Origin: Hormiphora californensis
Lineage: Eukaryota > Animalia > Ctenophora
Direction: 5' to 3'
Assembly: GCA_020137815.1 (NCBI GenBank)
Contig: CM035354.1
Span: forward strand, 2,232,001-2,296,000
Length of the DNA: 64,000 bases
Part shown: piece by piece, positions 11,201 through 22,449 of the stretch
How positions within the stretch are numbered: position 1 is the first letter of the stretch
How the letters are laid out: each line of letters starts with the position of its first letter
The notes under the pieces: model-generated
Told to the model about the DNA's origin: nothing
Database searches by the model: none
What the model saw: the letters and a program-made list of their open reading frames with translations, nothing else
Program-made: the position numbers and the translations under genes

Positions 11201-12883
11201 AGTGATATTTGATATATCGGAATGAAGGGGTGCCGGGTGGCAGTAGCTCATGACCTATTTACCTCTTACTTATTGGTACTGCGGTTTAATTGACCGTTGT
11301 ATATTTCTTTAGGTTTGGAAGTTGGTGAGAGATGAAAAAGTGAGGTACGTTATACAGGCGACCCTCTCCCTTGGTTCCCTTCCCGTCCTTCTCTACATAG
11401 CGAGAAGGAACATGTCCGTGAGGATATCCATTCTATTCATCGGGTTAGTGTCAGGAACCGACCGAAACAAGTAAACAACCAATCAGAGCTCGTTATTTAG
11501 GTCACGTGACTGGTTATCAGCCAATCAGGGGCCAGTATTTCCTGATTCGGTCGGTTCCTGGTTAGTGTACTATTGTTGCTGTCATATCATGCCAATGTCA
11601 GAGTCTGACCACAGTTAGATCGCGAAAGAAATGAGAATAGGGTCAGGCCAATGCTATGACAGACTAGGTATATAAATTGTTGAGTAGCAAATTGTTTGGG
11701 AAATATAGGATGTAATTGCAGTACGGGGTGGGGGTTTGGAAGTTTGTCAAATAAGGATCAAGTATTGTACGGCCAAACCTTTTGTATAGTGGTACTGGTT
11801 ATAGAATCACTGGATTTATTATTTAAACACCCATTTTATTTTAGGTGGGTGTCAACAAGCATGTACTTTATCGGGCAAGTTCCCCTTGGCTCCGGTCCCT
11901 TTCTTCTTATGAACATCTGTGGGGTAATGTTAGTGCCCTTGGTACGGACTCTACGGACCTTGGTGCTCCTACTGTTCCTCCAGGTGAGAACGAGATGAGT
12001 GAGTCTAGAGTTATCACCATAATATGATTACGGACCCTGATGGGACCCTGATAGATCAACTGCAGAGAGGATATATGATTCATATATCATCTCTGCAGTT
12101 GATCTATCAGGGTCCCATCAGGGTCCGTAATCCGCATCCTAAATCACTAGCTGTCGAGACTGTCGTAATCATTTTTCACGTGAGCCCTTCGAAATTGAAA
12201 AGTAATGCTTAGAAAGCGGATGCGTATTTCTTTGAAAATTACGAATTTAACAATATCAAATAATGTCATATCCACAATATATATATCGTCATAAAACATC
12301 CCATTGTAACGTCCGAATCGGACACAAATTGACACAATGCCCACCTAGCCTGCTCAAATCTTGCCTTGCTCGACCCTGTCTCTTGAACAGAACAACTCAA
12401 ATCACTGCGTATCGACACACAAACACGGGGGGCATGATTCTCCATCCCATTTTCTAACTCTCTCCTTTCTCCCTCTTCTAACTCTCTCCTCCCTCCCACA
12501 GCTCTAACTCTCTCCTCTCTCCTTTCTCCCTCTTCTAACTCTCCTCTCTCCCACAGCTCTAACCCTCCTCTCTCTCTCTCCCTCAGCTGCTACCAACCTG
12601 CTACCGATGCACCGGCTTGGGAGTGCACTGGTCAGTTCAACTTGCCTTTGTACGGCTGGGACTAGTAATAGCGGACGACATTCCACCGACCCCCACCCAT
12701 AACTACACCCTCCTTTTATTCGGAGTGTTTTACCTTGCTTTCGTCTACCTAGCCAGCTTCCTACCATCCCCTCGTCCCCAAAACCTAATGAACAGTCTCC
12801 AAGAATTCAATGAGACACTGAGTAAGAGCAGTGACCCGGAGAGTTTGTTGCTCGTACCTCGATCTTCTCGATCCCCAACTTGA
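8207..12883 (+). CDS. SLC22-like MFS transporter (~535 aa); exons 8207-8257, 8521-8649, 8779-8873, 9094-9254, 9662-9811, 10111-10216, 10439-10627, 10994-11153, 11313-11443, 11845-11983, 12587-12883
   Basis: Phase-consistent GT-AG splicing. Cys-rich first loop ending YMLEFGLFCG (cf. TIVTEWDLVC); motif A GGLIGDIGRRE; LPASPRH (cf. PESPRW); LLPTCYRCTGLG (cf. ELFPTxxRxxGxG); terminal FLPSPR. The first exon is the least certain. Confidence 0.82.
10644..10757 (+). mobile_element. hAT-type MITE copy, internally rearranged
   Basis: CAGGAACCGACCGA...TCGGTCGGTTCCTG with TSD ATTTGGAG; lies 16 bp after the donor at 10628. Confidence 0.8.
11452..11560 (+). mobile_element. hAT-type MITE copy whose TSD duplicates the splice donor
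   Basis: TSD GTTAGTGT at 11444-11451 and 11561-11568; 11444 is the GT of the intron. Confidence 0.9.
12026..12132. repeat. Near-perfect ~107-bp palindrome (mini-MITE), intronic
   Basis: GATTACGGACCCTGATGGGACCCTGATAGATCAACTGCAGAGA...TCTCTGCAGTTGATCTATCAGGGTCCCATCAGGGTCCGTAATC. Confidence 0.85.
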
Positions 12884-12936
12884 CCAGTTTGTAACTTGTT
12901 GGGATAACAGTTCACACACGATGAGAGAGAATTGTT

Positions 12937-13621
12937 TTATCTTGTAACCATGGCAACCATCAACATTGGCAGGATCAGAAGGTTCAGAGTATTGGTTTGA
13001 GCATCAGAGTACCCGAAAATACACATGTTATACTCGGTTAGATTGAGGGCTAGTGATGTATCATTGAAAAACACGTTGGCATAGCAACAGACGGCCTTGG
13101 ATACACCCCTCTCAGCGGCATCACTGTGGCATGTTTCGTTAGATGTGGTACACCCCCATTGCCTCTCGTTTAGATCCTCGTTCACCTGATCGCTCTCAAT
13201 CTTCCACTTGTACATGAAACACCACTCCTTCCCTTCCTCACACGTACTAGGGGAGAGGGGGTGAGGCAGTGCTGGGAGAGGGGAAGAGTCAAGAGAGGTA
13301 CATGAAGCACCACTCCTTCCCTTCCTCACACGTACTAGGGGGAGGGGAAGGGGTGAGGGGAGGGAAACTGTGGGGTGTGAGACAGAGAGAGAGAGAAAGA
13401 CGGTAGAGCTTTCTATTTTGTAAAATCAAAATAGGTACACGGGTCTTGAAAAACATTCCATACCAGCTGTACCACCCTGAACAACTCACTACACTTTACA
13501 TCAACACTCACTGATTGTTGTAGCACATGAGTTCATTTCCCTGTTCACAAGAGAGACACTTGAACTGTTCAGCCAGGGCTGCCCCGCTAACCAGTAGTAC
13601 CACAACGAGAGAGAGGAACAT
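12937..13621 (-). CDS. Ly6/uPAR three-finger-like, probably GPI-anchored protein, paralog A (139 aa); exons 13621-13512, 13246-12937
   Basis: MFLSLVVVLLVSGAALA|EQFKCLSCEQGNELMCYNNH-TCEEGKEWCFMYKW...QWGCTTSNETC...AVCCYAN...YNMCIF...LLILPMLMVAMVTR. Signal peptide, 10 Cys with CxxC and CC, hydrophobic C-terminus; phase-2 GT-AG intron. Confidence 0.75.
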
Positions 13622-14082
13622 ATTGGGGGAACTGGGGGGGGGGTTGAGAGGTTAATTGGGGATCGGGGCTGCCCCGCTAACCAGTAGCACTAGCACCACA
13701 AGCAGAGAGAGAAACATGTGGGAACTGAACTGGGGGGTTGAGAGGTTAATTGGGGATCTGGGCTGCCCCGCTAACCAGTAGCACCACAAGCAGAGAGAGG
13801 AACATATTGGGGGAACTGAACTGGGGGTTGAGAGGTTAATTGGGGATCGGGGCTGCCCCGCTAACCAGTAGCACCACAAGCAGAGAGAGGAACATATTGG
13901 GGGAACTGAGCTGGGGGGTTGAGAGGTTAATTGGGGAGGGGGGCTGCCCCGCTAACCAGTAGCACCACAAGCAGAGAGAGGAACATATTGGGGGAACTGA
14001 GCTGGGGGGTTGAGAGGTTAATTGGGGATCGGGGCTGCCCCGCTAACCAGTAGCACCACAACGAGAGAGAGAGGAACATTGT
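13576..14082 (-). repeat. Tandem ~90-bp repeat (6 copies) of putative acceptor + ATG + signal-peptide coding sequence of Ly6 paralog A
   Basis: GCTGCCCCGCTAACCAGTAG at ~13578, 13668, 13762, 13852, 13943, 14034. On the minus strand the upstream copies read MFLSLLVVLLVSGAAP(I/L)PN* or close variants. Confidence 0.9.
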
Positions 14083-14225
14083 AGTAACTGGGTGGTAAGA
14101 GTGTGTGGGGTTATTGGGGAGGGGGTGATAGTGTGTGCACTGTCTGGTGCCGCGGACCCAATCTGAGCTGAGCGCCCTGTCAAATCGGGGTATCGCGCCG
14201 CCAGACACTCAGACAGTGTGTGCGA

Positions 14226-14334
14226 CAGGAACCGACCGAAACAAGTAAACAACCAATCAGAACTCGTTATTTAGGTCACGTGACTGGTTATCAGCCAATC
14301 AGGGACCAGTATTTCCTGATTCGGTCGGTTCCTG
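14226..14334 (+). mobile_element. hAT-type MITE copy
   Basis: Full-length; TSD GTGTGCGA. Confidence 0.9.
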
Positions 14335-14551
14335 GTGTGCGAGGGGTTGATTTGGAGATCGAAGCAAACAGTGCAGTTGTATAAAGTAAAGCACTAGACT
14401 AGATTGTATCACAGCGTACAAGCAATCCTATACACACACAGTCAAACACAATGAAAGCACTTCAATCACTGCGTGAACAAAACAATGGCAAATAACTCAG
14501 AGCCCTTATAGAGCCCTCTCTCTCTCCGGAGAGAGCTGCAGAATCATATTA

Positions 14552-16491
14552 GGGGGTATGTATAAACCCGGATAACCCGGATAGTCCGGATAATTGATGT
14601 TTTCAAGATATCCGGATAACCAAGCTCGGATATGGGACTCCGGATAACTCGGATACCTCGGATAAGGGTCCGGATAACTCGGATAAATGTCCGGATAACT
14701 CGGATAAGGGTCCGGATAACTCGGATAAATGTCCGGATAACTCGGATAAATGTCCGGATAACTCGGATAAGGGTCCGGATAACTCGGATAAGGGTCCGGA
14801 TAACTCGGATAAATGTCCGGATAACTCGGATAAATGTCCGGATAACTCGGATAAATGTCCGGATAACTCGGATAAGGGTCCGGATAACTCGGATAAATGT
14901 CCGGATAACTCGGATAAGGGTCCAGATAACTCGGATAAATGTCCGGATAACTCGGATAAGGGTCCGGATAACTCGGATAAATGTCTGGATAACTCGGATA
15001 AATGTCTGGATAACTCGGATAAGGGTCCGGATAACTCGGATAAGGGTCCGGATAACTCGGATAAGGGTCCGGATAACTCGGATAAATGTCCGGATAACTC
15101 GAATTTGAGCTCGAATAACTCAAATCTGGCTATATTTAGGTCATTTTTGGGTTATCCAAATCAATTCTTGTTATGTTCTAACACGGAAAGAGGGTCGAGC
15201 AAGGCAAATCCATTCTGAGCTATTTCTATGTTTATCATTTAGGTCAGCTATAGACCATTTCTGGGTTATTTCTATATTGGTTTGTCCAATTTTTGTGCGT
15301 TTCTGAAACATTCAGGTCAATTCAAGATACTTCAAGGTCTCAAAAGGCTGAAAGGCCCCCCTCCCCCCACAGAAAATGAAATTGAAGTGCCGAAAAGAGC
15401 CTATTGAGACATTAAAGTAGATATATTGAATTGACATGAATGTACCAAAAACGCACAAATTGGACAAACCAACATAAAAATAACTCAGAAATGGTATACA
15501 GCTGACCTAAATGATAAACATAGAAATAGCTCAGAATGGATTTGCCTTGCTCGACCCTCTTTCCGTGCACTCTGCAGTTAGAAAATAACAAGAATTGATT
15601 TGGATAACCCAAAAATGACCTAAATATAGCCAGATTTGAGTTATTCGAGCTCAAATTCGAGTTATCCGGACCCTTATCCGAGTTATCCGGACATTTATCC
15701 GAGTTATCTGGACCCTTATCCGAGTTATCCGGACATTTATCCGAGTTATCCGGACCCTTATCCGAGTTATCCGGACATTTATCCGAGTTATCCGGACCCT
15801 TATCCGAGTTATCCGGACATTTATCCGAGTTATCTGGACCCTTATCCGAGTTATCCGGACATTTATCCGAGTTATCCGGACCCTTATCCGAGTTATCCGG
15901 ACCCTTATCCGAGTTATCCGGACATTTATCCGAGTTATCCGGACCCTTATCCGAGTTATCCGGACATTTATCCGAGTTATCCGGACATTTATCCGAGTTA
16001 TCCGGACATTTATCCGAGTTATCCGGACATTTATCCGAGTTATCCGGACCCTTATCCGAGTTATCCGGACCCTTATCCGAGTTATCCGGACATTTATCCG
16101 AGTTATCCGGACCCTTATCCGAGTTATCCGGACATTTATCCGAGTTATCCGGACATTTATCCGAGTTATCCGGACCCTTATCCGAGTTATCCGGACCCTT
16201 ATCCGAGTTATCCGGACATTTATCCGAGTTATCCGGACATTTATCCGAGTTATCCGGACCCTTATCCGAGTTATCCGGACATTTATCCGAGTTATCCGGA
16301 CATTTATCCGAGTTATCCGGACCCTTATCCGAGTTATCCGGACATTTATCCGAGGTATCCGAGTTATCCGGATTTCAGTATCCGAGTTTTCCGGAGTCCC
16401 ATATCCGAGCTTGGTTATCCGGATATCTTGAAAACATCAATTATCCGGACTATCCGGGTTATCCGGGTTATCCGGGTTTATACATACCCCC
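14552..16491. mobile_element. Foldback (FB-like) non-autonomous element with long arms built of 21-bp subrepeats
   Basis: TA|GGGGGTATGTATAAACCCGGATAA...TTATCCGGGTTTATACATACCCCC|TA. Arms ~14552-15330 and ~15420-16491 are inverted. The 21-mer is GAC(CC/AT)TTATCCGAGTTATCCG. The YPDPYPS ORFs are by-products of the repeat. Confidence 0.9.
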
Positions 16492-17374
16492 TATCGAGTA
16501 TATTTCTACAGCTGTGAGCTGCCAATACTCTGATCACGGTTCTCGCTTTGAAAGAAGTGAGGGTCAGCTGCCAATGCTCTGACAGAAATATACAGACTCG
16601 ATCTATGCTTCTGGTATGATATAGAGATAGAGAAAAGAGGGCCCTAATTCCAACGCTGTGTACTACTTTCTGCACTCCTATATAATTTGCTACATGCAGC
16701 CAGCTGCTGTAGTAGAAAACCACTAAGGGGTCTACTTTAGAAAGGTCACTAGGAGGCGTTAGATTTCTAGATTATTGTAACCACTTAAAGTTAATGATCC
16801 AACCACAACTTTACAGTGTAAACTTTCCAGTGAATCTTGCAATGAATAACTGAAGAGAGAAGCTTCAGTACCGCTTCCAAGGAACAATTACTAAAACTTT
16901 CGGTATAGCTGAGTCTGTCAGGCCAATGCTCTGACCGCAGTTCTCGCGAGAATAGGGTCACTGCAGTCAATGTTCTGACAGAGCTGAGTAGTACCATCAA
17001 AAACATCTCAGAATATGAAGATGGGCGGTATGAACAATTCATTAGAAAGAGAAGCATGTGTACTACACGATGAATAATGTCGTGGGTAAAGCTGCACATA
17101 TGTCTTTGTACTGTTGTACTAAGCCGACTTCATATTTTATAAAACTGGGCTACATAATATATATGTCCTCTCTTTCTGAATCAGAGAGAAAGGACATCAG
17201 GGTTTGATATGAATCCAAGCTAATTCCAAGAATTCCACACTATCTGAACAATTGCATGTTCCAACCCTTCTCGCGAAAAGAGGGTCGAGCTAGGCAACGA
17301 GATTAGAATCACAGTGCATATATTTCTTGTTTTGTTCAAACAGGGTCGAGCGAGGCAATACATTCCAAGTACAA

Positions 17375-17437
17375 TTAGGCTGCACGTGTGTGTTCAGTTC
17401 ATTTTACTAAAATGAACTGAACACACGTGTAGCCTAA
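17375..17437. repeat. 63-bp palindrome (deleted MITE-like)
   Basis: TTAGGCTGCACGTGTGTGTTCAGTTCATTTTA-C-TAAAATGAACTGAACACACGTGTAGCCTAA. Confidence 0.75.
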
Positions 17438-17943
17438 AGGTTTTAGGGAGAACCATGTGTGTTACGGCATGAAGGAGGCTTTTAGGCTGAACTAGGATTC
17501 CTTGTTGAGTAAGGATTCCCATTAGATCAAAGAGTGTGACCAACTTGCCTAGGGGAGCAATTTAGGTGCAATTTAGGGAACTAGCAGCTGTGCCGAATGA
17601 GCAGTGTGTGTAGCAGTCCACTGAATTGAACCCCGTGTACAGCAATTCAGGTGGTATGGTATAACTGCTTGTCCGTGTTTTACATCAGTCTCTGTCTCAC
17701 TGCACGTTTGAACAGTGACAGGGGTTTACTGTGTCACCTGGCCTAAAATTACATTGTAATTTTAGGTCCTAGCTGAAAGGTTTTGTAATTTACAAAACCT
17801 TTCAGTCGGTCGGTAGTTGATGTCATGGTTGTCTTTGTAGAGCATGATTTATGGCCATGCAGGGAACGAGACAGGTTGACAGGGACGGGGCAACAAAGGA
17901 GTTGTAGGGGGCAGGAATACAATAGCATTACACTCACGAGCTT

Positions 17944-18003
<60 letters not shown>

Positions 18004-18402
18004 CCCTCTCTATCTCTTTATCCCTTCGACCAAGGTACATGCTTCTTATTATCCACATATGTTACTCATGTCATAATATGCCATGCAGTCATGGCTAGCT
18101 CAGCTAGCAGCTGGTCAAGCACATATAGAGTTTCTCAAAGAGGGTCACAATTACTGTTTAGGGAACAGTTTTTTCCTGTCAGAGCATTAGCCTAACAGCT
18201 GTTGTTTCTCAACAGCGGAACAGTAACAAGGAGCTTCAACTGGTCACCAACGTGGTGCCCAGAATGGTTTTGAGTAAACTAGACATTTGGACACAAACAT
18301 ACCCAGGCGGGTGGTCATCATCATAAGCATATCATAACTGACAGTGACATATGGCACACAATACCAGTGAGCTGTGTGTACAAGCCAAGTGACGTGCGAA
18401 TT

Positions 18403-18543
<141 letters not shown>

Positions 18544-20533
18544 ATGACAGGATGCCTCATTTGGCCTCTATTATACAAGCTACTGATCTCGAAAGCATAG
18601 ACCACAGTACAATAGATCAGGCCAATGCTCTGAATACAGTTCTTGCGATGAGAATAGGGTCAGGCCAATACTCTGACAGATAGACCGTGGAGTTACGTGA
18701 GATAGTGGAATGAGGACTCCTCAGAAGAGATGATGAGGGGTGAGAGACTCCTGATCCAACTCAACAAGTAACAACTAAACAGAGGAGTGCAGTGGATCAT
18801 TACAATATTTGGAGGTCGAGCTGTGTGTATTGAGTGTGTGGAATGAAGCTGCTGTGATAACCCGGATATTGAAAAACAAGCAGTGAAGCACAATATCTCA
18901 CTGTAGCTGCTAAAAGTAAAAACGAATTTAGTAATCTCTCGCCTAATATTTAGGCAAGAAAATTGTGTAGTTGGCAAGTTTATTTGAATTTTAGTGCGAC
19001 AACTCTGGGTAATATGGTAGTTCTGGGCTGAACACTTTCGACCGCTTTAAAGCGCTTTAAAGCGTTTGAGAAAGCGCTATAAAGCGCTTTAAAGCGCTTT
19101 AAAGCGATACCGCTTTAAAGCGCACCGCTTTAAAGCGCTTTTAAAGCGCTAAAAGCGCATTATAGCGGTTTTTGTAGCGATATAAAGCGCTTCCGAAAGC
19201 GCTTTAAAGCGCTTTCAAAAGCGCTTTAAAGCGCCACCGATTTAAAGCGCTTTTTTTTGATGGCGAGAAAAAATAAAGCGCTTTAAAGCGCTTTAAAAGC
19301 GCTTTTAAAAGCGCTATAAAGCGCTTTTCAAAACGCTTTATAGCGCTTTAAAGCGCTTTTAGCGCTTTCAAGCGCTTTTAAGCGCTTTAAAGCGGTGAAT
19401 ATCGCTTTAAGGGTACGCTAACCAAAAATTTTTTTCGAGTGCAGGGAAATCTCTCACCGTAGGGTTGTAGGCCATACCAAGGAGACCTCAAATATGCAAT
19501 TTTAGCCCTTAAGTCGAATTCATATTTTTGCTACAGCTGTTTAAAAAATGTCCTGAAAATACGTTTTTGGCATCTCAAAAAAATTTTTTCAAAGATAGGA
19601 GCATGAAAATTTGGGGATTTGAAGAGGACATGAAGGTGAATAACCACAAAAAATTTTTTTGCAATCCGAGCTGATTTCCGGTCCTGCGATGGATTTCTTT
19701 TTTTTCACTTTAACGCCCTATTTGGCAAAGTTCCGAAAACATGTGAAAGCTGTAAATTGGTGAAAAGTTGCGTCTAACGATTATCTAAGTGGCCATAAAT
19801 TTTGGGCGTGTCCTTATTTGAGATAAGCTGTACGGAGTTTTCTTTGTGAAAGCCGTCATTTCAGAAATAAATAAATTCCCTGTATCTCAAAAACGGCTGA
19901 TCGTAGAGACCTGAGACTATTCTTAAACGATTCAGAAGGTCCGATTTTGGGGGGGTCTTCTGAGAGACATTTTGCTCCTACTTCAACCGTTTTTGCTGTA
20001 ATTGCGAAAAACAATAACCCATCTTCGCCATCGTGGATTTTTTGTGATTTTGTTTTTGATGATTATACTGCCGTTTTAACGTAAAAGGCACTAAGTCAAT
20101 TTTTACGAAAATTGAGATATTAGTACCTTCTTCTTCAGAATTTGAAGCTCTTTCAGATAAGCTGAGTCTCATACTCAGATCTTGAAAACTGAAGGAGCTA
20201 CAAGCATAACAAGCTTTTTTGCTAGTTGTTTCGTAAAATGCAGTAAGTCAGCAAAATTTCACACAGACGCGTAAAAGGCAGTAAGTCACACGAAATTTTT
20301 TTAGAGGGCTTGACTTACTGCGTTCTACCCCAAAACTGACTTACTGCCTTTTACGACGTTATGAGTGGACAAAAATAGCATCTTTACACACGAACCCCTG
20401 ACACACCAAGACCTGAGGTCCCGATCATGAGTTGATCAAATAATTTTGGAAAAAATAATTAAAATAATTAGAACAAAGTGGATCAGAATTTAAACTAATT
20501 TATTGGAAACAACTTAACTTAACAAAATATGTA

Positions 20534-20665
20534 CAGTCGGACCCCGATTTACCGGGGAAAGGGGCTTGCCCGGTATATCGGGGTCAAATACCGTTAATTT
20601 CCTATATCGTGTGAAATTTTTGCTCCCGGTAAATCGGGGTTCCGGTAAATCAGGGTCCGCGAATG
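20534..20665. mobile_element. Tc1/mariner-pogo-type MITE (CAGTCGGACCCCGATTTA family) in the Kolobok-like arm
   Basis: TA|CAGTCGGACCCCGATTTACCGG...TG|TA; the opposite arm (~21810) shows the empty TGTACA site. Confidence 0.75.
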
Positions 20666-20854
20666 TACAATCTTTGTCAATCAGCCTTTAGTCCGTCTTT
20701 TAATTGACCGATGATTGACCATTGTCAATGTTTGTCCCTGCCTAGTGTCTTACTGTCACCCTCACTTTCTGTCCCTGTAATTCACTCTCTTTCTGACGTC
20801 GAGCTTGATCTTTTCAAATCTTATTTTTCTGATCTCCCTGTTTTCTCCAACTCT

Positions 20855-20941
<87 letters not shown>

Positions 20942-21154
20942 ACTCTCTCCCTCTCTTTCTTCCTCTCTGTCATTGCATTACCGTCTCTGTTTCTGTCTGA
21001 CACAGTCTGCCTTTGATCTCTCTCGAATCGAGATGGAGAGATACTTCATAGTTCATACTGGGAGGGGGGAAGAAAGGGGAGGTCCCCGGTCCAGCCCTAT
21101 AAATGGCTAACGATACCCTAACTTTGGCCGATGGCTTTATTATAGCCCACAGAA

Positions 21155-21300
<146 letters not shown>

Positions 21301-21896
21301 CTTGCTCTGTCTCTCTTTCTCCCTCCCCTTGTCCCCTTTATTTCTGTCTCTGTCTCTCAATTTTTCTCCCCGGCCTCTCTCTGTCTCCTTCTCTCTCTCT
21401 GTCGCTTTCCGTCTCGCTCTATCTCTATCTCTATCTCTATCTCTATCTCTATCTCTATCTCTATCTCTATCTCTATCTCTATTTCTTTCTCTCTCTCTCT
21501 GTCTCTCTCTCACTCTCTCTCTCTGTCTCTCTCTCTCTCTCTCTCGCTCTCTCTCTCACTCTCTTTCGCTCTCTGATCTCTATCTCTCTGATCTCTCTCC
21601 GGTCTCCCCTCTCTCACACTCTCTCGACTCTCCCTCTCTCTTTCTTTCTCAGAGAAATATGTACGATTTGAAAAGAGAGTGAATTACAGGGACAGAAAGT
21701 GAGGCTGGGTGATTGTAAGAAACTAGACACGGAGAGACATTGACAATGCTCAATTGTCGGCCAATTAAAAGACAGTTAAGACACAGAACTAAAGGCTGAT
21801 TGACAAACATTGTACATATTTTGTTAAGTTAAGTTGTTTCCAATAAATTAGTTTAAATTCTGATCCACTTTGTTCTAATTATTTTAATTATTTTTT

Positions 21897-22449
21897 CCCT
21901 GCCCGGGTGAATGCCGAAGGCATTCACCCGGATGCCTTTTTACTTTGTAAAAAGGCATAGCAGGGTTAGAATTCGAAAACGACATTTTGGTATACTAACT
22001 AATCGGTAGAGGGACCATTTTGGTCACACTTTCGTTGCGAGGGGCAACGGTGTAGCAACTAGAGCCGCGCACACAGTGACGAGCTGCTCCTTCATCAAAC
22101 ACCTCATTGACACAGTTTGATGGACGTGTGTGCGCGCGCCACTCAACAAAACATGAAATGCGCTGCCGTGTGTTTCGCGTGTTACATACACATTACATTT
22201 TCATCTTGCGAGTCGAGTGTGAGAGGTTAGATAAGTAGTTAAGTTGGAATGTCAAAAGCTGGTTAGCAAGTGTCATGTAAGTTAGCTAACTCTAAGCTAT
22301 GTGAGAAGTATACTGACAGCTAGATCGTATGCATCTCACATTACATTATGACCAAGCCTTGATCCTGTTGGCAGTGACAATGTCACTGACATGTGAAACG
22401 GTAGGGCAGGGAAACTCAGCATTATGAATACATAATGCAATTATACTTG
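21897..22449 (+). mobile_element. Helentron-associated (HINE/DINE-1-like) rolling-circle non-autonomous element
   Basis: Inserted in a T-run with no TSD; the empty site is visible in the opposite arm at ~20433-20472. Sub-terminal IRs TTTCCCTGCCC / GGGCAGGGAAA; 5' hairpin CCGGGTGAATGCC-GAA-GGCATTCACCCGG; 3' hairpin GCATTATG-AATA-CATAATGC; CTTG end. Confidence 0.7.

Noticed and set aside
14506-16517. Long YPDPYPSYPDIYPS and RITRI ORFs; CRISPR-like look
   Set aside because: Translations of 21-bp subrepeats in the arms of a foldback element; no unique spacers, no cas genes, eukaryotic context.
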